From: Mobula hypostoma | Lineage: Eukaryota | Direction of reading: 5' to 3' | NCBI RefSeq assembly: GCF_963921235.1 | Contig: NC_086097.1 | Coordinates: 119,848,001-119,912,000, forward strand | DNA: 64,000 nucleotides | Part shown: positions 36,101 through 47,650 of the stretch, piece after piece | Layout of the letters: every line of letters begins with the position of its first letter | Position numbering within the stretch: position 1 is the stretch's first letter | Made by a program: the position numbers and the translations under genes | The notes under the pieces: generated by a model | What the model saw: the letters and a program-made list of their open reading frames with translations, nothing else | Databases searched by the model: none | What the model was told of the DNA's origin: nothing

Positions 36101-38198
36101 GAGAAAGCAGGTACAGGGTTCTGAGTTGGATGATCAGCCATGATCGTACTGAATGGCGGTGCAGGCTCGTAGGGTTGAATGGCCTACTCCTGTACCTATT
36201 TTCTATGTTTCTATATATTTTGGAAAGAGTGATCACAGTATGACCGCATTTCTCACACAAAGGGAGAGTACAATAGTTCAATCTAAGATTACTGTTTTAT
36301 GTCTAAACAAGGAAAAGTACAATTGGAAGAATTAGGAGTTGGCCAGCAGAGCCTGGGAACACAGACTGTATTGTGGGATAGCAGAGAAACAATAGAAGAC
36401 TTTTAAAGATTTTTCAGTGTTCCACAAAAATATATTTCAATGAAAGTAAGGACTGTAGGGATAGGGAGACCTATCCTTGGATAACTGGGAAGTAAAGAAG
36501 GCCATTAAATTAAGTCTCATGCATGCTAAGTTACCAAGAGATTCAAGATTGCTATTGTCATTTTTCAGTACACAAATGTAAATGAGAACAAAATTACTGT
36601 TACTCTGGATCTGATGCAGCACAAGTAAGAACACAATAAGTATGAAGAACACAGCACAGAAAACACAATAAATATCAATTTAAATACAAATGCAATCCTA
36701 TAAAGCACAATGGACCAGAGAAAATTGAACAAACTACAAGAGTAGTGGGAAACTGTCAATGAATCATTCTCTGTTAAAGAATTTTGAACCTGTTTATGGT
36801 AAATCATCATTTACTGGTGGTTTAATCAGTTCTGATCCCTGCTGTGAGGGAGCTCAGATAGAGGTTTGTGTTTCCCTTTTTTTTCCAAATGGTTGCTAGC
36901 TCTACAATTACTTGATAGTTGATGTGTCTGGCTGAACATAGGAACATGCTGATTACAAAGGGCTATTTCAGCCCTTCTCACATGAGGGAGTACTCTCTAG
37001 CAGTCACTATGTTTACAGCCAGTCATCTAATTTCATGTCGCACTAAACTGCACATTGCAATATTGAAATATGAAGTATTTGTTGAATTATATCGGCTAGT
37101 ATTTGCAACAGAGCATAGGAAAGAGGCCTGTACATTTACAATAATGGAAGGCTTAATACTTCTGTTTAAGGTGGATAGTTCTGGATTCCTTGACAGTGTA
37201 AACATCCTTTACATTACATGGATTAAAGGATCTAATTTGTATCATAACTCACCAGGACAGTGACAAACTGGTGCAGTCAGACAATGTAAAAGAAACTTGT
37301 CTTTTTATTTCAAGTGACCCACTGCATCATGCTACAGCACGATATTGGGCGTCTATTACGTTCATTAGTAATATAAAGGTCATCACACTGATCCATCGAC
37401 TACTGGGCGTAAAATTACTTTAATAGGAACTTGTCTTCTGATTTTCAAGAAAACTTTCTGTTATCCCTGATTGAAAATCTGACTGGAAGTTTTGTATTGC
37501 GGTGAGACAGATCTTCCCTTCTGATGCCTGTGCTTAAACCAGGGCCTATATGGAAATCCTGTGGAAGTCCCAGATTCCAGCAGTTCTCCCACTGTACAGG
37601 CCATGTGTAAATGAATGGTATTCTCCAAGAGACTTCCCAGTTCAGAGGCTGGCAAGCCCACCTGTTGTTTCGGCACCAAATTAAACCTGGCACAAGTATA
37701 GCAATTCTCATTTAAGTGAGTGAAAACATCAGGTGCTAGAAGACAGTTAAGTGTGAATCTAAATGTGATTTGAGGATTGGGGCATTGGAGTTATCAAACA
37801 CAGTCACAGGCCCATCGGCCCAACTTGACCATACCGAACAAGATGCTTTCCTGAGCTAATCCCAGTTTCCTGTATTTGCCCCATATCCCTCTAAGGTTTA
37901 GGGTCTAAACCTTTCCCATCCACAAACCTGTCTAAATATCCTTTAAATTCTGGTATCCACTTCTTCCATTTCCTCAGACAATTTGTCCTACCACCGTCTG
38001 GGGAAAAAAATTGCCCTTCAGCTACCCTACACCTCCTTTTCCCTCCATCTCTTGCTCCTTCACCAATTATGTACCTGTTAGGTTGTAGATCCTTAAGGGG
38101 AAACACAAGGAATTCTGCACATGCTGGAAATTCAAGCAACACACACCAAAGTTGCTGGTGAACGCAGCAGGCCAGGCAACATCTCTAGGAAGAGGTAC

Positions 38199-38234
38199 AG
38201 TCGACGTTTCGGGCCAAGACCCTTCGTCAGAGCT
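38199..38234 (-). ncRNA. Minimal type I hammerhead ribozyme (core intact, stem I weakened)
   Basis: AGCT-CTGACGA-AGGGTCTTGGCCC-GAAA-CGTC-GACT. Confidence 0.72.
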
Positions 38235-38835
38235 AACTGAAGGAAGAGATGGTAAGAGATTTGAAAGTGGAAGGGGAAGGGGGAGATCCAAAATGATAGG
38301 AGAAGACAGGAGGGGGAGGGATGGAGCCTATGCTCTGTCTGCCAGAGAAAGCAGGATCTCCCAGTGGCCACACATCTTAATTCCTCATCCCATTCCCATT
38401 CTGATATGTCTATCTACGGACTTCTCTACTGTAAAGATGAAGCCACACTCAGGTTGGAGGAACAACACCTTATATTCTGTGTGGGTAGCCTCCAACCTGA
38501 TGGCATGAACATTGACTTCTCAAACTTCCGCTAATGCCCCACCTTCCCCTCGTACCCCATCCGTTATTTATTTATATACACACATTCTTTCTCTCTCTCT
38601 CTTTTTTCTCCCTCTGTCCCTCTGACTGTACCCCTTGCCTATCCTTTGGGTTTTCCCCTCCCCTCCCCCTTTTCCTTCTACCTGGGCCTCCTGTCCCATG
38701 ATCCTCTCGTATCCCTTTTGCCAATCACCTGTCCAGCTCTTGGCTCCATCCCTCCCCCTCCTGTCTTCTCCTATCATTTTGGATCTCCCCCTCCCCCTCC
38801 CACTTTCCAATCTCTTACTAGCTCTTCCTTCAGTT

Positions 38836-38871
38836 AGTCCTGACGAAGGGTCTCGGCCTGAAACGTCGACT
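38836..38871 (+). ncRNA. Minimal type I hammerhead ribozyme, intact
   Basis: Stem I AGTC/GACT; CUGACGA at 38840-38846; stem II GGGT-CTCG-GCCT; GAAA at 38860-38863; palindromic ACGU stem III; GUC site predicted to cleave after 38867. Confidence 0.82.
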
Positions 38872-39925
38872 GCACCTCTTCCTAGAGATGCTGCCTGGCC
38901 TGCTGCGTTCACCAGCAACTTTGATGTGTGTTCCTTAAGGGGATCTATTCTCTTCCAAGAAACCTTTTGTCTCAATGTACTCATAGTATCCCTTTTGATT
39001 CTTCTTTACCTTATCTACTAATATTATCTCATATCCTCTTTATTCTCTCCTGACCTCCCTTTAAAGGGTATTCCCACATTCTTATACACTTCAAGGGATA
39101 GGCGTGATCCTAGCTAAATCTACCTAGTATTTTTTACCTTTTAATATCCAATGCTTTAAGATCCCTAGTCAACCAGAGTTCCCTTGTCCTATTGGCTTTA
39201 CTCTTCACTCCACCTGGATCATGTTAGCCTTGAACTCTCCCTATTTCACTTTTAAAAGGCCTCCCACTTATCAAACATCCCTTCAACTGCTAACTTCCCA
39301 ACTCCTGTGCTCATTGCTCATGGAGTTGTGAAAACTAACGTGCGAAAGAGCTCTCTTTATGATGCTACCTACCTGCAGCTTACAAGAAGAGCAGAGAAAT
39401 GGGAGTGAAAGAGACGATAGAGTCATATTCCACGTTCTAATTTTAAGGGAACATCCCAACTGAGATTTAAGAAGACAATTGCAACAAAGGAAACAGATGG
39501 TGTTTGGAAGGGTAGAAAATATTTAGGGCATCCAATAATAGTTGAGAAGATGCAGGCTAATGGAGAGCAATATGTCATTGAGTGCTTTATAAACATCTAA
39601 TTGATTCAACTCTTCTCTCTGTTTTCAGGAGCCTGGCTCAAAAAGGCTTGAAAATCCAAGACCAATGGTCACCAATAGCAGGGCTTGGAGTTATTATCCG
39701 CTCTAGAGCAACAAGGGACTATTGCACATTGCACCATCATCCATTTTGTTCTTTGACCCAATAGTGCAAACACAAGTACAGGATCTCAGACATGACTGGG
39801 ACCATTACTGCACACTCCCCATTGTATTTTACAGCATGCAGAAGAAATTAAGGCATCAGAGGACCAGGGGACTATCTCTTAGGGGGTAGAACAAGAGAGG
39901 ACCAGTGGTCAGTGATACAATCTTG

Positions 39926-40278
39926 ACATAGAGTCATGGAGCCCTTCAGCACAGAATCAAGCCCTTCATCCCATCCCATGGCGAACTATTATTCTGCTTA
40001 GTCCCATCGACCTGCACCTGAAACATAGCCCTCCATCTCCCTCCCACATATGTACTTACCCAAACGTATCTTAAATGTTGAAATTGAACCCACATCCACT
40101 AGTTCTGCTGGCTGCTCATTCCATACTCTGACTGACCTCTGAGTGAAGAAGTTCCCCCTCAGGTTCCCCTTAAATATTTCACCATTTGCCCTTAACTTAT
40201 GACCTCTAGTTTTTGTCTTACGCAAGCTCAGTGAAAAAAACCTTGTTGCATTTCCTTTATTTATGCGCCTCATAATTT
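39926..40278 (-). mobile_element. CR1 3' fragment
   Basis: Encodes KTRGHKLRANGEIFKGNLRGNFFTQRSVRVWNE. Confidence 0.8.
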
Positions 40279-40964
40279 TCAATAACTGTACTCGGTACTG
40301 GCAGCCCACTTGGTTCAGTCCTATCTCTTAGTTGCCCCTTGTCACCATTCCTCCAACCACGGTGCCAGACTCCTTCCACTCATAGACACCTTTTCCTGAT
40401 GTTCCATGTCCTGATTACCCTGGTCACAATTGATTTCAATCCCATAACTGTTCAAAAAGCCCAAACCCCTGACTATCTGATTAACCCAGACATGATCTCC
40501 ACTTAGAGTACTTCTCCCAGCATCCTGCCATCAAGTTCCAATTAGCCCAGGAAAAAACATCCTCTCCCCAACCTTTCAATCGTTTGAAGGCCTGAGTGAG
40601 GCCTTTCTGAGTTCCTCAACTCATGAAGAATTAACATTATCCTTACCCACTACCAGGACTTAAAGGAAAGATAAAAGTAAGACTGAAAGACTACGGAGAA
40701 AATTTTCAATGATGTTGCTGGGACATGAGGTCCTGAGTTATAGGGAAAGGTTGAATAGGTTTGAACTTTATTCTATGCAGTGTAGGAGAAAGAGGCATAT
40801 CATTATGAACAGACTTTTTAAATAGTCATGGGATTGAAGACAATTGTGACCCAGTACTGCCAGGATGTCAGGAAGTGAGGTCGGTGAGTGGAAGGAGTCA
40901 GTCACCATGGTTGGTGATATGTTGAGAAGGTGAAACAAAGGGACTGCACCAAGTAGGCTGCAAG

Positions 40965-41860
40965 CAGAGCTGGATTTAGTGGGGTCAGGGCCCCTGGGCT
41001 GGAGACCCTGATGGACCCCTGCCGACACCATAAAATGCTGCTGTACCGAGCAAAAAAAGGCAAGAACAAGAGCAAAGGTCTTACTGGTCTAAATATCAAA
41101 GCTGTGGACCAAGACATTGGTTTAGTACAAAAAGTAGGCTATAAACAGGCCTTAAGAGGGAGGACAGAAAGTAATGCAGATTCTTAATTTGAAGGATAGT
41201 ATCTAAAGCACTCAAAAACTGACCTGGGCTTATTTGGCTTAGTGAAGTTATGAGGGAGACGAAGTATGATGTACCCAGTCTTAAATCTTTATTTAGCTAC
41301 TGCTGCATATACCATAGGCCTTATTTCTCAAACAATGCCAAAGCATTTTTATCCAGGTATTTTTCTCAGCCGTGTGTTCTGAGAAAGTAAAATGGAAATG
41401 AGAGACAAAAAGGCCAAGAGAGATGGCACTATGGCAAACTAGGAAACTTCGGATAGCCCGACTTAGTTGTTCAGATTCCTCTGTGGTCAGGAATCCCAAA
41501 GTCATGCTCTCTGCCTCTTCAACGTTAGCTGCTGACTGTGGCAAGGACGGTGGTCCTGTGCTAACGCTGGTGCTAGTGCTAGCTGTTGAACAGGTCTCCG
41601 CTTGTCCACTGGTCTCAGACTGTGACAAGAGCGATGATACTGCTGTACCATCGAGAACAGGTTTAAAAAAATTCTGTCAATTTCAATGTCTTTTTAAATG
41701 CTTCTTTCTCACGGTTCTCTTTTTCTTGTTTCTTTTTTCTTTTCTGTGCTCCACTCGTTCTTTTTTGTTCGCCATGATGATAGCTACCTATTTTGGGCCC
41801 CTCTGCAGCTCTGGCCTCTGGGCTGCAGCCCAGCGTAGCCCTGCCTAAGGTCCGGCCCTG
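40965..41860 (-). mobile_element. Non-autonomous hAT DNA transposon with transposase N-terminal remnant
   Basis: TIRs cagagctggattta / taaggtccggccctg; 8-bp TSD gctgcaag/gctgccag; minus strand encodes KRTSGAQKRKKKQEKE...KLTEFF followed by a Ser/Thr-rich linker. Confidence 0.8.
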
Positions 41861-42268
41861 GCTGCCAGTCTGGAGCACAGTTATTGAAACCTGGATATTC
41901 CCAGGATTGAATAACTGTGGTTACGCAGCAGACAACATGCACATCATTACCTGGTGGATGTCCGAGAAGAGCAAGCACATTTTTTTTTTGCTTTTGTAAA
42001 GTCAATGCTGAGAACAGCTGCAGTAAATTTTGCTCTAAAGTACATTAAAATTTTCTTTGGGTTCTTAATACTCTATTTAAATATCATTCCCGGAGCATAT
42101 TTCTCTGGCAAACAGTGCACCTCACTACATATTTTGATATACATGTGATAAATAAACTTGAATCTTGAATCATATATACATCAAATGTGTAAATCAGAGC
42201 TGAAAGTTCTTGATTTGATTCAATTTCAAGTTTATCTTTATTGTGATTCAACCATACACATGGATACT

Positions 42269-42689
42269 TCTCCATGGATTGTCACGTTGTCGTGGTGGAG
42301 AAGCTTGTGTGGTCCTGTGATCCCGAGAGCGATGCTGTCTGGAGCTATGCTCCTGGTAGGGTCACCCATGGTGGTAAGGTCGAGGGTGAGGTCCCTGACA
42401 AAGAACAGTCCAACCAAGACTTCAACGGTGGAACAGGCGGATGAAGTTACTTCGAACTCAATGGCTGTGAAGGCGGATGAAGGCTGCAACAAATCCATCA
42501 GTTCCAATCGTCGTGGTTTCCATGCCATTGGAATCAGTTTGTTGATTTGTGAAGTATCGTGTGCTTCTTGGAGTGCAACATCAAGTACACGTTAAACAAA
42601 TACACGCACAGGCATCTTCGCTCTGTGGGCCACTTGATCAACAGAACGAAGACCATCATCCTCGACCTCGAGGGATAGCCATGACGACG
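42269..42689 (+). mobile_element. Short non-autonomous RTE-derived retroposon (5' UTR plus 3' end)
   Basis: Perfect 13-bp TSD acacatggatact (42256-42268, 42690-42702); (GAC)n tail; 5' part has ttgtcgtgg...agggtcaccc...tgacaaa motifs typical of RTE 5' UTRs; no tRNA head. Confidence 0.8.
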
Positions 42690-45600
42690 ACACATGGATA
42701 CTGCTAAATGAAGCATCCTTCCTCTCTGGACAAGTTCAAAACTCAGTACATTTAGTCGCACGCAGCTCAGCACTGCAGCCAAGGTGCAAAACACGTTTCT
42801 TATAGTCTCTCCTCTCTCTCACACACACACACACAGTTATGATCCAGCACATCTAGTCACAAAATAATATTAGCACAAACCCACAAGTGGCAAGGCCTGA
42901 AGATTGACAGGTTGACATAAAGAGCAAGGTGCCTCTTTATGTAAGACAGTATAACTCTACTGGCACTATTTTAATGAAACAAGCAGTAGTATAAAAATGT
43001 GATCAACAGCAATAGAAGATGAAAAGTGACCAATGCAGAAAGAGGGTGTGTCTGTGCGATGAGGAGGGGGAAGGGCAGCAGTGCATTCAGACACAGTGTA
43101 CATGTGTGCTGCGTGTCAGCAGGGTGTTAAGTCTAACAATCTGCAGGAAGAAGCTGTTGCCAAGCCTGACAGTGCTGTTTCTCATGCTGTGGTTCTTTCT
43201 GTAGGCATGGTTTCTGTCACTCTCCATTCTAGAAAACATTTGACTTTCTGAAGACTAACTCTGAAAGTAGCAGTGCAACACACCCAAATCTCCATGTTTT
43301 TATGGAAATGTTTGTTTGATGATGAAATTCAATAAAAAATAAATTAAGAATTTACACAGGAGACTTATTATGTGAGTTAAATAGCCAACTCACATCCTGT
43401 GAAAGGACTGAGCGTGCATCTCTTGCCCTGTTTGATTAAAATTGAAAACTGATTAGTTCGGTCCCAGCGCAATTGCCTTGCAATTCAAGAAATGATATAA
43501 GTTCAATTATTGGGGTTAATAATCACCCAATAGAAAGAGTTAGTATTTACTCTGACATGTTGAGGAATTCAGGCACATATAAGTCTAATAACAGATAAAA
43601 TTAAATAGTGTTCAATCAAAACTAATTTTGAATGAAATCTTGCTGTTATGTTGTATAGTACCATTCTGCCTTGTTATTACAGCTACTTTACGAAAAGCAC
43701 ATCTCTGCATTTTAAGAATGTGTACGGTTGGAAGCATATGCATGATTGTAAAACAGTAAAGATGTGGATTTATAAAATTCCATTTTATTTAACAGTGATA
43801 TGGTTTTAGTCACTAAAGGAAAGATAAATATATTGGTGCTTATAAAGCTACTTGTTAGTTTTCTAATATAATGCTTAAAAAACACCAGATAAACTTCCCA
43901 AAGAATGTTTTGAGTGGTATCAATCCCAAATTCCTGTATTAACTTTCTCCACTCTATGCTAAGGTACATATTATAGTAACCATTAATGTGTTTAAAATCT
44001 GTATTGAAACATTACAGATAAAGGGAGAAAATACAAAGGAAGAAAATTGACTAGCTTTATTCTGCATAGTTATCATTCCTAGGATGAGCTGCAGGATTGA
44101 TTTTATATTGAAAATAGTTTATACTTAACTGCAATACAAATGAATACGAGTGAAACCCATTTATTTCCAATTGCTTTAATTTGGGAACTACTAAGCAAAT
44201 CAAGGAATTTTGATCATTTTAGTCAATGTTCAAAGCATTCACATTCGATTCCGTTATTGACCAAATTGAATGAAAACTAACCATATGCATTGACCACTTT
44301 CATAAGGCTATTACACCAGAGAAAGAAAGAATCCTAATATAAATGGAACTCTCAAAATACAATGATATTTATTCAATAGCAACTTTATGCAGAATAGTAA
44401 GAGGCTATTGGATTGACATGTGAACTGTGGAAGCATTTATAGAAACAATTGGATTGCTACGTATCTTCAATCTTGTCTTGATAAATCTTATCAGTATAGT
44501 AACCAACACTCAGTAGCTACTTTATTAGGTACACCAATACACCTGCTTGTTGATGCAAATATCTAATCAGCAAATATCTAATGTGACAGCAACTCAATGC
44601 ATAAAAAATGCAAACATTGTTCAGAACAAACATCAGAATGGGGAAGAAATGTGATCTAAGTGACTTTGACCATAGAATGATTGTTGGTATCAAACGGAGT
44701 GGTTGGAGTATCTCAGAAACTGCTGATCTCCTGGTATTTTCACACAGCCACAGCAGTCTCTACGGCTTACAGAAAATGGTACAAAAAACTGAATAAACAT
44801 CCAATGAGTGGCAGTTCTGTGGGCAACATGCCTTGTTAATAAGACAGGTCAGAGGAGAATGCCCAAGCTGGTTTAAGCTGATAGTAAGGCAACAGTAACT
44901 CAAATAACAATGCATTACAACAGTGGTGTGCAAGAATCAGAATCGAGTTTAGTATCACCAGCATATGTTGTGAAATTTGCTGTCTTTGTGGTGGCAGTAC
45001 AATGCAATACATAACAGAGAAAAAGATGTGAAATACAGTAAATATATATGTAGTTAAATTAAATAAGTAGTCCAAGAATAAAAATCAACAAGTAGTGAGG
45101 TAGTGTTCATGATTTCAATGTCCATTCAGAAATCAGATGACAGAGGGGAAGAAGCTGTTCCTGAATCATTAAAGTGTGTTCCTTCATGCTCCTGTACCTC
45201 TTTCCTTATGATAACAATGAGAAGGGGGCATGTTCTGGTTGATGGCTATCCTTAATGATGGATGCTGCTTTTTTGAGGCATCGCTCCTTAAAGATGTCCT
45301 GGACACTGCGAACGCTAGTGCTAATGATGGAGGTGACGAAGTTTCCAAGTCCCTGCAGCTTATTTTGAATCTGTGCAGTAGCACCCCCCACTCCACCAAC
45401 ACCCCTATACCAGACGGTGATGCAGACAGTTAGACGGCTCTCCATGGTTCATCTGTAAAAAATCACGAGTACCTTTGGTGATATACCAAATCTTCTCAAA
45501 CTTTTAATAAAATATACCTGCTGGTGTGCCTTCTTTGTAGCTGCATCGATATGTTGGGTCCAGTATAGATCCACAGAGATGTTGACACCTGTTGTGTATT

Positions 45601-46303
45601 TAATATTTCAGTAGTATTTGAGTAATCTTGTATATGTTGTTTGATTAAGTATTCTTGTTTATTTAAATAATTAATCATGGATTATATGTAAGAATATGTT
45701 AATTGTATATGTCATCACGTTACCATGTGATATGTGCACCACTCGCTTAAAGTAAACTTGAGCTATACTTGAATTTTTGAATTCCCGTGCATTTCTTTGA
45801 ATTCATTTAATGTGTTGAATTTACAAACCATAACATTGGTGATGAGATATTTTAAAATGAACTCAAGACAGCTGCCAACCTGCTAAAGCAGAGTGAAACA
45901 CTCGAAGTTAAAAAAAGCAGCTTAGTGTTATCCAGCATGTGGGGAGAAAGTCGTAGGAAGAGAAGACATAATCGAGTTTTTTTTTAACTCAGAAAACAGA
46001 AGAATGAGTACCAGCCACCCAGGTTCAATTCCCATAGCTGCCTGTAAGGAGTTTGTATGTTCTCTCCTTGATCACATGGGTTTCTTCTGGATGCTCTTGC
46101 TTCTTCCCACATTCCAAAATGTACCAGTTAGTAGGCAATAGGTTATTGTAAATTGTGCCACGATTAGGCTAGAATTAATTCAGAGATTTGGTTCAAAGTG
46201 CCGGAAAGGCCTATTCTGCACAATATCTCAATAGGTAAATAAGTTCAGGGTTCATAAAGAGTGAATATCGGGTGATAATAATCACTTTATAAAAAAATCA
46301 GAA

Positions 46304-47165
46304 ATGGCTGTTTGCATTGGAAAGATTGACATGTTTGCTTACACAGTGGATAATTGGCTCATGTATAGCGAGCTATTAAAACAGTATCTTGAAGCAAATG
46401 AATTAGCCAACAAGAAGCAAGTGCTAATTTTGCTGAGCTCTTTAGGTTTGCGGGAATACAGTTTGCTTCGAAGTTTGACTGTTTTAACCAATCCACCAGG
46501 AATTAGCTTCCCTGATATTGTAAAAGCAATGTAGGAACACTTAGAACCAAAACCATTGTTAATTGCAGAATGCTTTAGATTTCATAAGCAAAATCAAAAA
46601 GAAGGGGATTTCATTTAAGCATTTGTGACTGAATTGAAGATTGAGCATTGTCAGTTCAGTAATAGGCTTCATGATACACTAATAGATTGCTTAGTTTGTG
46701 GAATCTTAAAAGAAAACATTCAAAAATGGCTCCTAACTGAAGTACAGCTTACATTCAAATGAGCAATGGAAATCACTGTATCAGTGGGCAGTGAAAATTG
46801 CGGACAGAGATGCAATTGAACTGCAGTCAGGGATGAAAATGAGCATGAACAAAATTGCACCGTCTAAAAAGAAACTGGCCAAGCCAAACAAATAGTGTTA
46901 CCATTGTGGCAGGGGGTCACATACACCAAATAATTGCAGATTTAAAAGTTTGAAATGCAGAAGATGCAACAAAGCAGGGCACACTCATACAGTATGTCAG
47001 GCAGACAAAAGTAAATGGACTGCACAGTGAAGAGAAAGTGCTAAGAAGTCAAGTAGCAGTTTCAAAAAGAGCACTGATCTGCATGGTGTTGATGAAGAAT
47101 CTGATAGTGTTGGAAGTGACACAGGACGGTGTAGCCTTAAGATTTACATTGTGAAAATTAACAAA
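46304..47165 (+). pseudogene. Gypsy gag, degenerate
   Basis: MAVCIGKID..NWLMY..YLEANE..YSLLRSL, HLEPKPLLIAECFRF, LVCGI, and tandem zinc knuckles CYHCGRGSH...C and CRRCNKAGH...C; several stops. Confidence 0.85.
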
Positions 47166-47169
47166 TGAC

Positions 47170-47650
47170 AAGCAACACACATCAAAGTTGCTGGTGAACG
47201 CAGCAGGCCAGGCAGCATCTCTAGGAAGAGGTACAGTCGATGTTTCAGGCCGAGACCCTTCGTCAGGACTAACTGAAGGAAGAGTTAGTAAGAGATTTGA
47301 AAGTAGGAGGGGGAGGGGGAGATCCAAAATGATAGGAGAAGACAGGAGAGGGAGAGATGGAGCCAAGAGCTGGACAGGTGATAGGCAAAAGGGATATGAG
47401 AGGATCATGGGACAGGAGGCCCAGGGAGAAGGAAAAGGGGAGGGAGGAACCAGAGGATGGGCAGAGGGACAGAGGGAGTAAAAGGAAAGTGAGAGAAAGA
47501 ATGTGTGTATAAAAATAAATAGCGGATGGGGTACGAGGGGGAGGTGGGGCATTAGCAGAAGTTAGAGAAGTCAATGTTCATGCCATCAGGTAACTCTAAC
47601 TTCTGCTAATTTTTCACCTCCCCTTCGTACCCCATCCGTTATTTATTTTT
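47170..47650 (-). mobile_element. Penelope pseudo-LTR with a short inverted segment (~47594-47650)
   Basis: Near-identical to 26711-27150; hammerhead at 47235-47270 with core intact and AUC instead of GUC. Confidence 0.88.

Larger units (their letters stand above)
32160..36215 (+). mobile_element. Near full-length CR1 (HER1-like) LINE, copy 1
   Basis: ORF1 plus disrupted APE-RT ORF2; 3' end ggttgaatggcctactcctgtacctattttctatgtttctat. Confidence 0.95.
38102..38931. mobile_element. Penelope-like insertion with inverted pseudo-LTR arms
   Basis: Minus pLTR 38102-38328 joined to plus GIY-YIG end and pLTR 38329-38931; 12-bp TSD tccttaagggga at 38090-38101 and 38932-38943. Confidence 0.9.

Noticed and set aside
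37445..37711. Host terminal exon on the minus strand
   Set aside because: No recognisable homology and a weak acceptor; cannot be supported without a search.
39629..39764. Exon after a strong-looking acceptor (tcttctctctgttttcag)
   Set aside because: No matching donor or recognisable peptide.
26584..47552. Repeated ORFs MLVNAAGQ.../MILSYP... as a gene family
   Set aside because: Incidental frames across Penelope pseudo-LTR copies.
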